A stretch of 64,000 nucleotides of DNA from Callorhinchus milii (GCF_018977255.1 NW_024704742.1:133054001-133118000); one strand, 5' to 3'. Counted from the first letter of the stretch, positions 12,760 to 25,996 are shown. Notes: generated by a model not told the origin, from the sequence alone. Program-made: numbers and translations.

Positions 12760-13580
12760 CCAGCCAGTGCATAACCTTGGTGTCTTACTGACCCCTCTCC
12801 CAGGTATCATTCAAGCCCAACACCAAGCTCTCACTTGTTTGACTTTTCCTCACCTCTATAACTCTGCTCGCCCCCACTCACTACCTCTCCCCTCAGGCTG
12901 CCGAGACCCTCACCCCCCCTTTCTCACCTCCAGCCTTGAGTGCTGAAACTCCCTGCTCTCTGGATCCCCCAACTCTTCCCTACACAAGCTGCAGATTGTT
13001 CAGAAATCTGCGGTCTGTGATTTCACCTGCATCAGGCTCTGTGACCCTATCATCCCCATCAAGCCTATACTCACTAGGCTCCATTTGTCTCCCCATCCCT
13101 CTGTGGATCAATTTCAAAATTCTCATCCTCATGTTAAAAACCCCTCCAAGGCCTCGCCTCCATCGTATCTCGTTGTTGTTGTTGTCTTTCATGTCGGGAG
13201 GACGTCCCGAGGCGATGGATAATGAGGGGTTTGCACTCGAGCTGGGGTTAGGATCAGAGAGGGGTGGAGGGGAAGTGGAGTGGAGGAGAGAAGGTGACTG
13301 AAAACACGGTTGAAAAGGAAAGTCTTGAGATGGGCCTTAAAGGAGGCAAGGGAGGGGGCAAGGCAGAGGAGCTCAGGATGGAGTTCCAGAGGGTGGGAGC
13401 AGAAAGGCTGAAGGCCTGACTGACGATAGTGGAGCAGGCAGACTGGGGGACATGGAGGGAGAGGACTAGGTAGGAACTAGAAGTGGAGGGCTTTAAAGAT
13501 GAGGACAAGGATCTTGAACTCAATCCTCTGGGGTATGGGAAGTCAGTGAGCCAGGCAAGGATGGGGGTAATCGACTCACA
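12760..13580. mobile_element. Two L2 3' fragments in opposite orientations (about 12760-13170 +, about 13170-13580 -)
   Basis: LPIPLWINFKILIL on +; AFSLSAPTLWNSI on -. Confidence 0.75.
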
Positions 13581-14811
13581 AAGCTGTGTTCAGATTGACT
13601 GTCATGTTTGCCCACAAATACACAGACGCTACAATTTAAGAAAAACTCTGAGCTTTGAAATGTTTTGATGTGATAAAGCGCAACATCCGATGTAAGGATT
13701 ATTCGGATCAGTATGTCTGTGTTAAAGGTGACTGCTTAATCCATTTATCCGTATTACAAACCTGTCATTTTAGCAATGCTCGTTTCTCTTACCTCTTACC
13801 TTATGTGATTATTCTCTAATTGTTGGGAGACAATGGCAGCTAACTGGTATATGTCAAAGTGCATGTTAAATTAAGTTAAACTAAATTAAATTGGTGACTT
13901 TTCACAGATAGCTGTTAATCCAAATTGATTTGATAGACTGGTTGCAATCTATTTAATTAGGTAATAAATAAAATAAAACAAATTATTGATATATTCTGGT
14001 GGGCATGAAAGCAGTATATCAGTATGTAATGTGTGATGGCCTCCGGTCTTAGAAAGATTAAAAGAGCAAACAGATTGACGGCAATTGATTGCCAGCAGCT
14101 ATAAATGTTTCAATAATAACCAGTTATGCTGCATCCACTAGCCTGAGCAAGTCTCAGAGTCAGGCATTGAATAATTATCCTGGGCTTGAAATATTTGACA
14201 AAAAGAGACAAATTGATTTCACGTGTCTGAAACTTTATGCCCCCAATGCTTGAAAGACCAGCCCCACTTAGGAAGAATATTGGGTAAAATGTGATCTTGT
14301 TTCTTAAGAAGATATACAGTCATATACACACGATATACACAAAACGTACCATCAATTCACTTTACAGTATACTCTGTGAAGACGTGATAATGCTTTATAT
14401 CAACTGGAAAGTTTATTATTATTAACCCAATCCTTGTGTTAATTAGCACAAGTTATAAGTGAAGGGACTCCTCAGAATGATATCCTTATGTTGACTATCA
14501 TCCATGGAGTAAAGGGTAGGGATGGGGTGGAGGATGGTGAAGAGAGGTTAGCAGGGTCTCCATGGTTCCAAGCTGGCTCCAAGATGAAAAGCCTTGAAGT
14601 GAGTGACCAATTTTACCTGGGGGGGTGTTAGCCAGGATACCTAGAGAAGCTCCCTTCTCTTTTCAAATAGTAGATTAATATCAGCCAAAACTGGCAGACT
14701 GGACCTTGAGTTCACGTCTCATTCGAAGGGCAACATCTCTGAAAATACAATATTCCCTTGTTGCTACTAGAGTTTCGGGCTAGGCTTTGAGCTGGAGATC
14801 CTGACGGGGGA

Positions 14812-15015
14812 ACATAGGCACGGGAGGAGGCAATTCAGCCCCTTGAGCCTGTTCTGCCATTCCGAATACCCACCTTTGCCTCATATCGCTTGATACCCTG
14901 ACCTAGTAACAATCTATCCACCTCAGTCTTGAACATTTGAATGGATCCAGCATCCACAGCCTTTTGGGGAAACAGATAGTTCCAGATTTCCACCACCCTT
15001 TGTGTGAAAAGGGGC
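14812..15015 (-). mobile_element. CR1 3' end
   Basis: FTQRVVEIWN...AVDAGSIQMFKTEVDRLL. Confidence 0.85.
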
Positions 15016-15654
15016 TCAAAATCATGACCTTCTGACTCTTGACCCCGTCCTGAAGGTGTGAGCCAACCCCCCCCCCCACCCCCACCTGCCCAACCGAGCC
15101 TAGCAGCCGGCCCCGATGTTTTGGACATTTATGAAGTGCCATGGGGTCCACTAATGACAGTTCTCAAAGTACGATTTCTCATAAGTTTCTGAGATTTGCT
15201 CTAGTTACAATGCAATGCCTCAGTCAGTTGACAAGTACTTCAATAGGAACATCGTGGGTCTGAGTTTGCCTGTCTAAGCTTGTGATATGTCCACAGCACT
15301 GTAATTGCCATTTGGAAGTGGTTGAACTGACAGTGAGTTGACCTGGGCATTTATATTACAGTTCATTACTGTGCCCAATTAATCAGGGGGTCGTGTGATG
15401 GAACGGGACGTTTTTTGAGGTTTTGGAGTATCAAAAAAAGGAAACAGCTTGCATTGATGGGAAAAGTGCCAAGTTTCTGCATTGCCCAATGCAAAGAGAG
15501 CCAGACTGTAGCACTGTGCCCCAGAAGGCTAAAGCAAGCGCATTTTCTCCCCTTGTCTCTCTTAGATGTTGTTTAGATGCTCAAAACTCTTTTTGGGAGG
15601 AGCGGGAAGGAATGGGAGAATTGGGGGGCATGGGGAGGAAATGACATTTTATTA

Positions 15655-16015
15655 TTCCTGTAGCTCTAGACCACTCGCCTCGCAATCGAGAGGATCTGGG
15701 CTTGAATCCCGGGTCGGACGAAACATTGGGCAAGTTTTCTTACTCCACATGTCTCTGTTTACCTAGGAGTAAGTAGGAACCCAGTTGTTAGTCGATTAGC
15801 AGATTGTTTTTCTGGGAGTAATAATCCCTTAAAAAAATAATTATTATAATTTGGTCACTCAATCCACGACTGTTTGTGGGACACTGCTGTGTGCAATTGG
15901 CTGCCGGGTTTCCCCACAAAATATACAATCAATTCACTTTCTGTGAAGTGCTTTGAGACGTCTCGAAGACATGTTAAAGTGCTACATCAAATGCAAGGAT
16001 TATTATTTTTATTAC
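15655..16015 (+). mobile_element. tRNA-Ala SINE
   Basis: Shared head, body and (ATT)n tail. Confidence 0.85.
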
Positions 16016-16494
16016 TATATAAAATGTTTCACTTGGGAGAATACTTGCACTTCTTAAAACGTTTGTCAATTTCGACAGAGGAGTCGGACTTTTGTTTTAT
16101 GGGTTTTGCACTAAAGAGGAGTGTGGTCGTGACCTTGTGACATGTTCCACAATACCATGGCCTTAAACCTCAATGAATGGTCACATTCCGTCACACACAA
16201 AAGCATCTTGGTTGTGGTCAGCATGACCACAGCACTATGGCTTCAAAGAGTGTTCCCTTTATCTTTGCAGGTGAGGTTTTAGCTATTCCAACCCTGTTTC
16301 CCAGCTTCTATCTGACTTGTTACCCCTTCCACCCTCCCCACGTTCAAAGGCCGCTTCTGGATGTAGCTCTTAGACCACAAAATATACAGTCAATTAATTC
16401 ACTTTATATTATGTTCTTCATAACGCCCAGCCGCACCCTCTTCAGCTCCCATCCCGAGCCTATATTATAATAATATATAATATAGAGGTTAAAA

Positions 16495-16810
16495 AGCAGA
16501 TGGTGAGAACGGGGTTAATGGGGCTTAAAGTGGATACGTCGCCAGGTCCCACTGGGATGTATCTGAGAACCCCGAGGGAGGTCAATGATGAAATAATAGA
16601 GGCTCTGACTATCATATCATTAGTCGGTGGATACCAGCTTTGTCTTGGGGACAAGAAAGTGGCAAATGTCACTCCGCTGTTTAAGAAAAGGAAAAGGGAA
16701 GAGCCAGGGAACTGTAGACCAGTGAGTCTCATGTCACTTGTAGGCAAGTGGTTTGAGGTCACAATAAGGATGTGGTTTTGGAACACATAGAAAAGATAAA
16801 CTGATAAGAA
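16495..16810 (+). mobile_element. CR1 RT N-terminal fragment
   Basis: LKVDTSPGPTGMY...ANVTPLFKKRKREEPGNCRPVSLMSLVGK. Confidence 0.9.
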
Positions 16811-17296
16811 TAATACTACTACTAATAATAATTCTTGCATTTGATATAGCGCCTTCTCAAAATGTTGAGACGTTTTAAAGCGCTTCACAGAATATACCGT
16901 AAAGTGAATTGACTGTGTATTTTATGGGCAAAACGCAGAAGCCAATTGCACACAGCATTGTCCCACAAACAGTCATGGACTGAGTGACCAATTTTGGGGG
17001 GGGAGAGTGATTATTACCCCCAGAAAGCGATCCGCCAATCGCCAAACTGGGGTCTACTAACCGTTAGGTTATCAGAAGCGTGTGGAGTAATAATAATAAT
17101 AATGCTTCCATTTGATATAGAGCTTTACCACTTATTTGAGATGTTTCAAAAAGCTTCACAGATATACTGTAAAGTGAATTGACTATATTTTGTGGGCAAA
17201 ACACAGCAGCCAATTGGACACAGAATTGTCGCACAAATAGTCGTGGGTGGATTGCGCGACCAAATAATTATTATTATTTTTTATTATTTTTAAGGA

Positions 17297-17733
17297 ACAA
17301 CAACAATAAGATTCCATTTATTGAGCGCCTTTCACGTCGGGAGGACGTCCCAAGGCGCTGTACAGTTGGGTCAGGACCCGAGCAGGGGGGAAATGGTCAG
17401 GGTGAAGGGAGGGAAGGGAGGGAGCGAGGAGAGGGTAGAGAGTCGAGAGGGGAGCTAAAGGCACAATCAAAGAGAAAGGTCTTGAGACCGGCCTTGAAGG
17501 AGGAAAGGGAGGAGGCAAAGCGAAGGCACTGGGGATAGAGTTCCAGAGCCTCGGGGCTGAGAGGCTGAAGACCCGGCCACCGATGGCAGGGCGGTTGGGG
17601 CGGGGGATGTGGAGCAGACCGGAGCGAGAGGAACGGAGGGTACGGGCAGGTAGGTAGGGGGATAGTAGGTCGGAGAGGTAGGAGGGAGCAAGGCCGTGAA
17701 TGGCCTTGTAGGTGAGGATGAGGATCTTGAATT
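17297..17733 (-). mobile_element. Young L2 3' fragment inserted in a SINE
   Basis: FKILILTYKAIHGLAPSYLSDLL...FSLSAPRLWNSIP; nearly identical to the copy at 38640-39170. Confidence 0.93.
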
Positions 17734-18035
17734 CGGAATTATTACCCCCAGAAAAGCAATCTGCCAATCGACTAACAACCAGGTTCCTACTTACAGCTAG
17801 GTAAACCAGAGGTGGAGTAAGGAAACTTGACTCAGGTTTTGCCCCGCTCAGGAATAAAGTGCCTTATCACGTCACTGAGACGAACCAATGTGCTTTACAA
17901 GTTATATTGTAATGTGATGTGACAGGCGTATTATGCAGGTCAAATGCGGTGGCGAATTTGCCCGACTCTGAAAAACAACTATAGGATTTGCTGTTATGTC
18001 TAATGCAAATCCCTTTATTTTCCTTCCGGTCACAG

Positions 18036-18275
18036 GTGGAGCCATTCAGTGCAGAAGTATGGGTAGCAATGTGACCCTGGAGTGCGATGGAGGGAGCATT
18101 GACTCCAAAGTGAGGTGGCAATTTAATGGGCGCAACGTAGCACACAGCGAGCGGGTCATTGTGCAAGGCACCAACCTCATCCTGAGGAACGTGGATTCAT
18201 CTCACACTGGGACCTACAGCTGCTACGAGGATTCGACAGGAGACCTGAAGAATGAAGTAACAATCCAAGTCGGAA
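18036..18275 (+). CDS. CNTFR: CNTFR-like receptor, Ig-like domain exon (GAIQCRSMGSNVTLEC...VRWQFNG...HTGTYSCY...TIQVG)
   Basis: Polypyrimidine tract plus cacag acceptor, 240-nt open exon with Ig C..W..Y-x-C pattern, donor A|gtaagt, phase 1-1. Confidence 0.9.
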
Positions 18276-18414
18276 GTAAGTAGTCTTTAAGCATGTTTTT
18301 TTCTTTGAAATATTCAATTTCATCAAGATGTTCTGAGCTCGCTGTGTGTATAAATCAACTCAGGATGGTCTGGACTTGGAGTGACCAAAGAACAAAGTTA
18401 CAGCAAAGTTGCGT

Positions 18415-19000
18415 CATTGAGCCTGGCTGAGTTGGTAGTGCTCTCGCTTCTGCTTTCACCTCCCCTCTCGACTCTCTACCCCCTCCTCGCTTCCTCCCTT
18501 CCCTCCCCTCACCCTGACTAGTTCCCCCCTGCTCGGGTCCCGACCCAACTGTCCAGCGCCTTGGGACGTTCTCCCGACGTGAAAGGCGCTCTATAAATGC
18601 AATCTTGTTGTTGTTGAGTCAGAAGGTCATGGGTTCAAGACCCATGTTGGGTACTTTGGACTTACATAGTCTTAGGCTGATGCTCCAATGCAGTGCTGGG
18701 AGGTGTTCCACAATTGAAGGTACCGTCCTTAGGATGAGACATTAAACTGAGGTCCTGTTCATGTGGACTTTAGAGATCGCATGGCACGAGTTGTAAAAAG
18801 AAGGGAGTTTCTCCCAGTGTCCTGGCCAACAATCCCCCAGATAAAAATTAATCATTCATTTCATGGCTGCTTGTGTGGTATTGCTGTGTGCAAAATTGGC
18901 TGCCGCATTCGTCGACAAAATACACAATCACCGCATTTTATTACGTGAAGCATTTTGAGGCATCCTCCTGATATGAAAGGCGCTTTATCAAATGAGGCTT
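18415..19000 (+). mobile_element. Deu-domain SINE interrupted by an L2 tail (about 18452-18615)
   Basis: Head gcctggctgagttggtagtgctctcgcttctg resumes as agtcagaaggtcatgggttcaag after the L2 (TTG)n tail. Confidence 0.8.
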
Positions 19001-19834
19001 ATAATTCTTTTAGAATTAATATTACCAAATATGACGAAATATGAACAAAGTAGCACTGACCAGAAACCGCTGGAGCCTAATGTTAGATTGTACACTCCCT
19101 GGGACAGTTGTGATGGTTTAGATCTGGATAACAGTGTGGTCTGGTGCAGGGATATCTTCCTGTAAGCAGAAGTGCATCACTCTGACCCGCAGGGGATCTC
19201 TGCTCTGGCGCCACAATGAGTCAATGGGAATTCCTGAAGTCGTTTCTCATCCAGGGAATTGGTCATTAAGGAACGCTGGAGACCTGAGCTAAATTAACAA
19301 AATCTCGGCTGGGTAAAAAAGTGAAAGGCAACCTCCTCAATCCAATCACTTCCACTTAACGTAGCAGATCACTAACCCGGAACCCCTGCCGTTTCCACTT
19401 ACAGAGTCTCAGAACTTTCTGGACTTTCTAAAGAGTACAAGTCTTGATGTGCATTCAATTTACACATGGTGTTTTATGTCTTTCAGTCTAAAACCTAAGT
19501 TGAATGTTACCAGACTGCCAAGGCGAAGACAAGTTACGAGTAGTTATGTGAAGTTTTAACATCTACTTTACAGCTTTGAGGAATTTTAACGAGTTAAGGG
19601 TCAGTTTGCCACGCATAGTTTTAAACGTGTCTATTTTGGCAAGAGAAGGGAACGGAGTAGAAAATAGGGGAAGAAAATATAACAAAATAATCAATGAGAA
19701 CTTTAACCAGCTGAAAATGTGCAGCTTGCATTTGCAAACTCTTTCTGGCAAGCTTCCCATTGCTTGTCCAGCTTGCAGGAAGATATCCTTGTACCAACTA
19801 GTTATTATTATTATATTTAGTAAATTGCATAATT

Positions 19835-20255
19835 AATAATACTTCCATTTGATATATCACCTTTCGCATCAAAAGGACATCTCAGAGTACTTCACAGGAT
19901 TTACTGTGTAGTGACTGTGTATTTTGTAGGTGAACATGGCAGCTAATTTGTGCAAAGCAATGTCCCCCAAACAGTCATGAAGTGAGTGACCAATTTTATC
20001 CAGGGGATTGTTGGCCAGGACTCCAGGAGGAACTCCCTTCTTTTTTTGAGTAATACCACAGTATCTTTAACGTCCACTTGAACAGGCAGACAGGACCTCA
20101 GTTTAATGTCTCAACCAAAGCACCACACCATTGAATACGGCACCATTGACAATACCACAAAGTGTCAGCATAAGCTGTGAGCTTACATCACAGAGTGGAA
20201 GCTTAACCCCACCACCTTCCTTCCTAATAGCGAGTGCTACTGACTGTGCCAAGGT
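19835..20255 (-). mobile_element. Deu-domain SINE
   Basis: Reverse complement of the family at 10-435. Confidence 0.75.
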
Positions 20256-20737
20256 TACATTCAATGTGCACAGAATGACAATCGTCCAACTCTTCACACT
20301 GTTCAAGTGGGTCTCCTTGCCTTGTCTGGCTTCAGCACATCTGAGATAACCACTCAGACTGCAAATAGTAATGCACTAAGTTGCAGATATAACACTGCAA
20401 CCAGCCTTGGTAGGTAAAGTAGCCTTGAGCAAGCAAATTCAATTAAGGTTGGATCCACTTATAGGCAAACCCAATACAGTCAGTTCCACTTAAAGCAAAT
20501 AACCATGAAGTGAATATTTCTGTTCACTGAAGAGAAAAGGAAACGGAATCTCATTTCATAATCACACCCCTCAGTATTCGCTCCTCTTAACTGAATCACT
20601 TTAGTTACTCCTGGAAAGTGAACAGCATTACCCAGATGACTTACGTTACCATATTCATAGCCACAAATCATACGGAAGCGCTCTGAATTACATGTGCCTT
20701 GTGTTGTTTAAAGACTTGTGAAGAACTATGGCAACTT

Positions 20738-21100
20738 ATAGAACGATCGAATCTTACAGCACAGAAAGAGGCCATTTGGCCCATCGTGCCTGTGCCAGTG
20801 CTTTGAAAGAGCCATCAATCAGTCCCACTCTCCCGCACTTTCCCCATAGCCTTGCAATTTTTTCTTTTCAAGTACCTATCCAATTCCCTTTTGAAAGTTA
20901 TTATTGAATCTGCTTCCACCACCCTTTCAGGCAGTGCATTCCAGATCGTAACAACTCGCTGGGTAAAACAATTTCTCTTCGTCTCCCCTATGGTTCTTCT
21001 ACCAGTTATCTTAAATCTGTGTCCTCTGGTTACCAATTCATCTGCCAGTGGAAATAGTTTCTCCTTATTTACTTCAACAAAACCCCTCATAATCTTAAAA
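20738..21100 (-). mobile_element. CR1 3' end with UTR
   Basis: FKIMRGFVEVNKEKLFPL...TRGHRFKI...FTQRVVTIWNALP...FKRELDRYLK. Confidence 0.92.
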
Positions 21101-21549
21101 TTAGCAATGGGATGTTTTGTAGTTTGTGAAATCCTCATACTATGATATGTTGAGTTCCACAATTCAACCCAGTCTTTGCCTCTTAGATGTTTAAGGCTTG
21201 CCTAATCCACCTATGACACTCGCAAAAGTTACACACAGAGAATAAAATCCCCCAAATAAAATTGGTCATTCACTTCGTGGCTGTTTGTAGGACTTTACTT
21301 CACAATATATCCTTTGAAGTTCTTTGAAATATCCTTTTGACGTGAAAAGCCCTATATTAAATATAAAGATTACGATTGTTATTTTATTTATATAGCATTT
21401 CATAGCAAATGCTAAAACGCAGCCTTAACTTTAAAATGTAGTTTCTGTACATTTTTTAAGATACAACAAAAAACAAACTTCAAAGTTATAACTGATTCCA
21501 AAATTTGCGAAATTCTGGACACTCTGAAGTGTTGCACACCACAACAATA

Positions 21550-21866
21550 AATAAATAATAATCCTTGCATTTGATATAGCGCTTATCATGTCTTCTAGAC
21601 ATCTCAAAGCGCTTCACAAGATGTACTGTAGAGTGAATTGATTGTATATTTGTGGGTGAAACGCCGCAGCCAATTGCACACAGCAGTGTCCCACAAACAG
21701 TGGTGAACTGAAGTGACCAAATTTATTATTTATTTATTTTTTCTTGCGGGATTATTATCAGGTCTTTGGAGTAAGGAAACTTGCCCAAGGTTTCATCCTG
21801 CCAGGAATCTAACCCAGGTCTCTCGCTTGTGAGGCGAGCGCTCTAACCACTGAGCTACAGGACTCC
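21550..21866 (-). mobile_element. tRNA-Ala SINE
   Basis: Complete head (GGAGTCCTGTAGCTCAGTGG) through to the tail. Confidence 0.9.
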
Positions 21867-22591
21867 TAAAACAATGAACTTAAACCTCGACCCCACTGGA
21901 ATTTCTCCGCTGTAGTCAGTATTGTAACATAGTGGGGTTTAGCCAGATGTCTGACAATGCAAATGCCTATCATCGTGCTTGAGAGTATGCAAACCAAACT
22001 GAGAATTCCTCATATGTATTCCGCCTGCACGTGGGAATATTCCTGTATCACACTCCCTGCTGGAGGGACCCACTCTGCTTACTTAATTCCGGAAAGTATT
22101 AAGCACAGGTTGGTAAGAACCAAGACCTGGGGAGCCCAGAGTGTGCATTGGGAGTAACTAACGGAGTCTAACCAGTTAAAATAGTAAAAGATGTCAGGAG
22201 GATGTCTCAAAGTGTTTCGCAGGATATATTGTAAAGTTTAGTGACTGTGTATTTTGTAGGCAAATGCTGCAGCCAATTTGTGCACAACAATGCAATCAGG
22301 TTAATAATAATAATCCTTGCATTTGATATAGCGCTTTTCACGTCGGGAGGACGTCCCAAAGCGCTTCACAGAACACACTGTAAAGTGAATTGACTGTATA
22401 TTTGTGGGCGAACGCGGCAGCCAATTGCGCACAGCAATGTCCCACAAACAGTCGTAGATTGAAAATGACCAATTTAATTATTGTTTTTTTTTTTGGAGGG
22501 ATTAGGTTGTCCGTTTAATGTGTCCTCTGAAGGATGACAACTCCAACAATGAAGCGCACCCCCAGCACTACATTGGAGAGTCAGTCTAGAT

Positions 22592-22815
22592 CAGGGTGGT
22601 CCAACCTTTTGGCTGCTGAGGGCTGGATGCCCTGTTTGAGAAACGTCCGTGGGCCCCATAGCAATATTTTGGTCTTTCCCTTCCAGAAACATAACATAAC
22701 ACTTATGGATTATGGAGGCAGCAGGTGGGCCAGATGAAATGGATGGAGGGGCGGGCCAGATAAAATCAGTGGGCGGACCAGATACGGCCCACGGGCCACC
22801 AGTTGGACCACCCTG
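22592..22815. mobile_element. hAT (Charlie-like) MITE
   Basis: Perfect 14-bp TIR CAGGGTGGTCCAAC; 8-bp TSD GTCTAGAT/GTCTAGAC. Confidence 0.9.
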
Positions 22816-23694
22816 GTCTAGACAATGTGAGTTCAAAGACACGACGTAGAGATTGAACACGCAAGCTTTCTGACTGAGAGGCGGGAGTGCTACAAACTGA
22901 GCCAGGCTAATGCACTGATGTTGCCTGGGCTCACAAGCGATGTGGTTTTGTTGCACAAATCCACCAGATGGTGGTTATTTAAAGAGCGGCAGATCATCTC
23001 CTGATTTTAACAAATAAAAGGCTGTGCTAACGTCTCTATGCCCTGCACGTTTGGCACTCACATTGCCCTGCAAGCACACTGCGGTCTATGAGACTTTGTT
23101 CTCTGAAATTGCGTTGTGGTTTTGAAATCGGTTTCTGCTGAAAGTACATCCGCGTGCCATTTGTGCTCTGACGAGGTCAGGACACCACAATATGCTGCAG
23201 TCTACAAGCCCCTGTTCACCACTCATAATTTCTGCTCAGTAAGAAGTAGCCTCAAACTCACTTATTGCTACCCAGGACTCTGGAATCCATGTAATTCCTG
23301 TGTTTACATGTGGAACCATAACATTGTGAAGTCCTGTAGCATAGCGGTTAGAGCACTCGCCTCAAAAGCGAGAGGTCCTGGGTTTGACTCCCAGTCGGGG
23401 CGAAACCTTAGGCAAGTTTAACTTACTCTACACTCTTCTGTTTACCGAGCAGTAAGTAGGAACCTGGTTGTGGGTCGATTGGCGGATCTTGTTCCGGGAG
23501 TAATAATGCCTTCAAAGTTTTAAAAAACATATATAATAATTTGGTCACTTAATCCATGTCTGGTTGTTGGACACTGCCCACAAAATATACAGTTAATACT
23601 CCTTTATTCCCTTCTCACTCATGCATGATCAAGTCAATTGATCTCTTATATTATCAGTTGGAAAATTTAAGATCCCAGGTGACATTGTGTGACA

Positions 23695-24080
23695 GCGTAG
23701 CTCGGTTGAAAACGCTCTCGCCTCTGGGTTCAAGGCCCACGTCAGGGACTTTGAGCTGATAAAGTCTAAGCTGACACTCCAATGCAATGCTAGAGGGTGT
23801 GGTGCATTGTCAGAGTTACTTGAATGGGATGTTAAACCGAGGATCAGGCTGCCTGTCCAGGTGGACGTTCACAAGGCACTATTCGCGAAAAGAGTTTGTC
23901 ACTGTGTCCTGGCCAACAATCCCCACAGTAAAATTAGTGACTCACTTCATAGCTATTGGTGGGACATTGCTATGTGTAAATTGGCTGCCACTTTGCATAG
24001 AAATACACATTTGCCAAAATTACTATGAAGCACTTTGAGATGGTTTCACAGGATAGACGTGTCAAACACAAAGATTATTA
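23695..24080 (+). mobile_element. Deu-domain SINE
   Basis: Head, Deu body and tail recognisable. Confidence 0.78.
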
Positions 24081-24482
24081 TCATCTACTCCAATCCTATT
24101 GTGCAATCATTGCATGTAACAGACAAACAGCATGAAGTCTCAGCCTGGATTATGTGAGTTCAGAGTCTCTATATGAGGCTCGAACCCACAACTTTCTGAT
24201 TGAGATCCAGGAGTGCTACCAACTGAGCCAGGTTGACACCTCAGTCCAGTCAGTCAATCGCTTGTTTTTGCCAAAATCATAGAATTATTTAGCACAGAAG
24301 GAGGCCTTCCAGCCCATCATGTCTGTGCCGGCTCTTTTGTCCAAATTAATCCCATGAAAGGGAAAAGAGTATAAAACCTTGGGGTTAAACACATGATGTT
24401 TCCTAACGAATTCCTTAACTTAATAAAGGCCGGCGATAATGAATGCGTGGAGAGCAGCACAGCCGATAGAACTCCGCAGGCA

Positions 24483-24541
24483 CCACACGCGCAAACACGC
24501 ACACACGCACACGCACACACACACACGCACACACACACACA
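24483..24541. repeat. (CA/CG)n microsatellite
   Basis: Seen directly. Confidence 0.95.
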
Positions 24542-25104
24542 GCGTTCATAGAATCATTTCACTGGAGATTGCCAGTTGTCCAGATTCAGACCCAGTTAAT
24601 TGATGGTAAACAATCTGATGTTTGGGAAGACAAACCAGCAGGGGACATGCACACTGAGAGTGGAGTTATGCAATCAAACACTGTGCCTCTGAATGTGGGA
24701 TGAATGTACCTCGAAAGAGTGAATGGAAAATGATGTGGTTCATCGGAATTCTAGGCTCGGTGGGTGGTTGGGGGGCGAAGGGGAAAAGAGGGTTATAAAT
24801 TCTTGCCGGGTCAATTTCCTTTATCTAGAGTCAGCTGCACTGCGGGGTGGACTTTGCAAATCCCCTTGAAACATCAGAGCAGAATCGGCTGCTTTGATTT
24901 TATTTTATTTTTGTTTCCTCGCCCACATTTCAGCAGAGCGTAGCGAGTGCAGCCTGCCAACTTACAATCAAGTGCAAGGCTGGCAGGGTTTCAAGTGCGA
25001 TATGTTACTGAATTGGATTCAACAAAGAATCGTATTGTTTTACATTGGCTCAGTAGATGCATAGTTATATTTCACTCCCCACCTCCCCATCCCTCCCCCT
25101 CAGC

Positions 25105-25420
25105 AAAAAAAAAGAGAGAGTGAGGGAGATAAAAAGAGAGGGAAAGAGAGAGAGAGAGAGAGCTAGACAAAAAGATCGAGAGAAAGAGAAAGAAAGAGAC
25201 TGACGGAAAGAGAGAGAAAAAGCAACTTGCATTTATATAGCGCCCTACACGCAGGACGGCCTGTTGGAGCACTTAAAAAGAAAGAAAGACAGAGAGAGAG
25301 AGAGAGAGAGAGAGAAGAAAGAAATAAAGAGAGAGAAAAGAAGAGACAAACCGAAAGAGTCAGAAAGAACAAAAAAGTAAGAATAAAAAAGGAAGAGAGA
25401 AACACAAAGAAGATAAAAGA
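25105..25420. repeat. (GA)n and A-rich low-complexity tract with an embedded L2 tail
   Basis: Seen directly. Confidence 0.9.
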
Positions 25421-25996
25421 AGCAAACGTCCTTTCAATTGTCCAATTAAAAATCCGTCAAATTCAAGAAGAACAAAAAAATGAAAGGAGTCTCTGTACAT
25501 GTTAATTTCTCATTACTAATAAATGACCAATGCTGTCATGTCAGGGTTACGCTTTTCGCTGCCCCTTTTTTCCATGAAAATAGTTTAACTGTCAAGGTCA
25601 GGGGGGAAATAGTCAGTAAACATCTTAAATGGGATAATATTGTCTGGCTAGGAGCTTTCGCCAGATGTACAGCACTGGCAGTGGGATGTTGCTGAAGGAA
25701 TAGAGTTCCTGTCATTATTTAATCCTTTCTATCCCTCATTATAAAATCTATTCATTCCACAGCACCTTGTTATCTCTCTGATCTTCTCACTCCCCCTTTC
25801 TCTGAGCCAAGTCTACGCCCCCTAAACCTTGGAGCTTCCTCCCACTATCCCTCGTCCCCATCCCTCCTCTATCTATCTTCAAATCCCACCTTAAAACCTA
25901 TCTATTTGACAGCATCTACACTCACCTCCCTCCTTCTCCCTCACTTGGCCTCTACCCTGTCACTGTGAAGCACTCCCCTGTGTGAAGAGGCTCTGT

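Noticed and set aside
17996..18035. N-terminal part of the 95-aa ORF as a start exon
   Set aside because: It is the intron's polypyrimidine tract; the real exon begins at 18036.
25072..25505. Charged or hydrophobic ORFs
   Set aside because: Produced by (GA)n low-complexity sequence.
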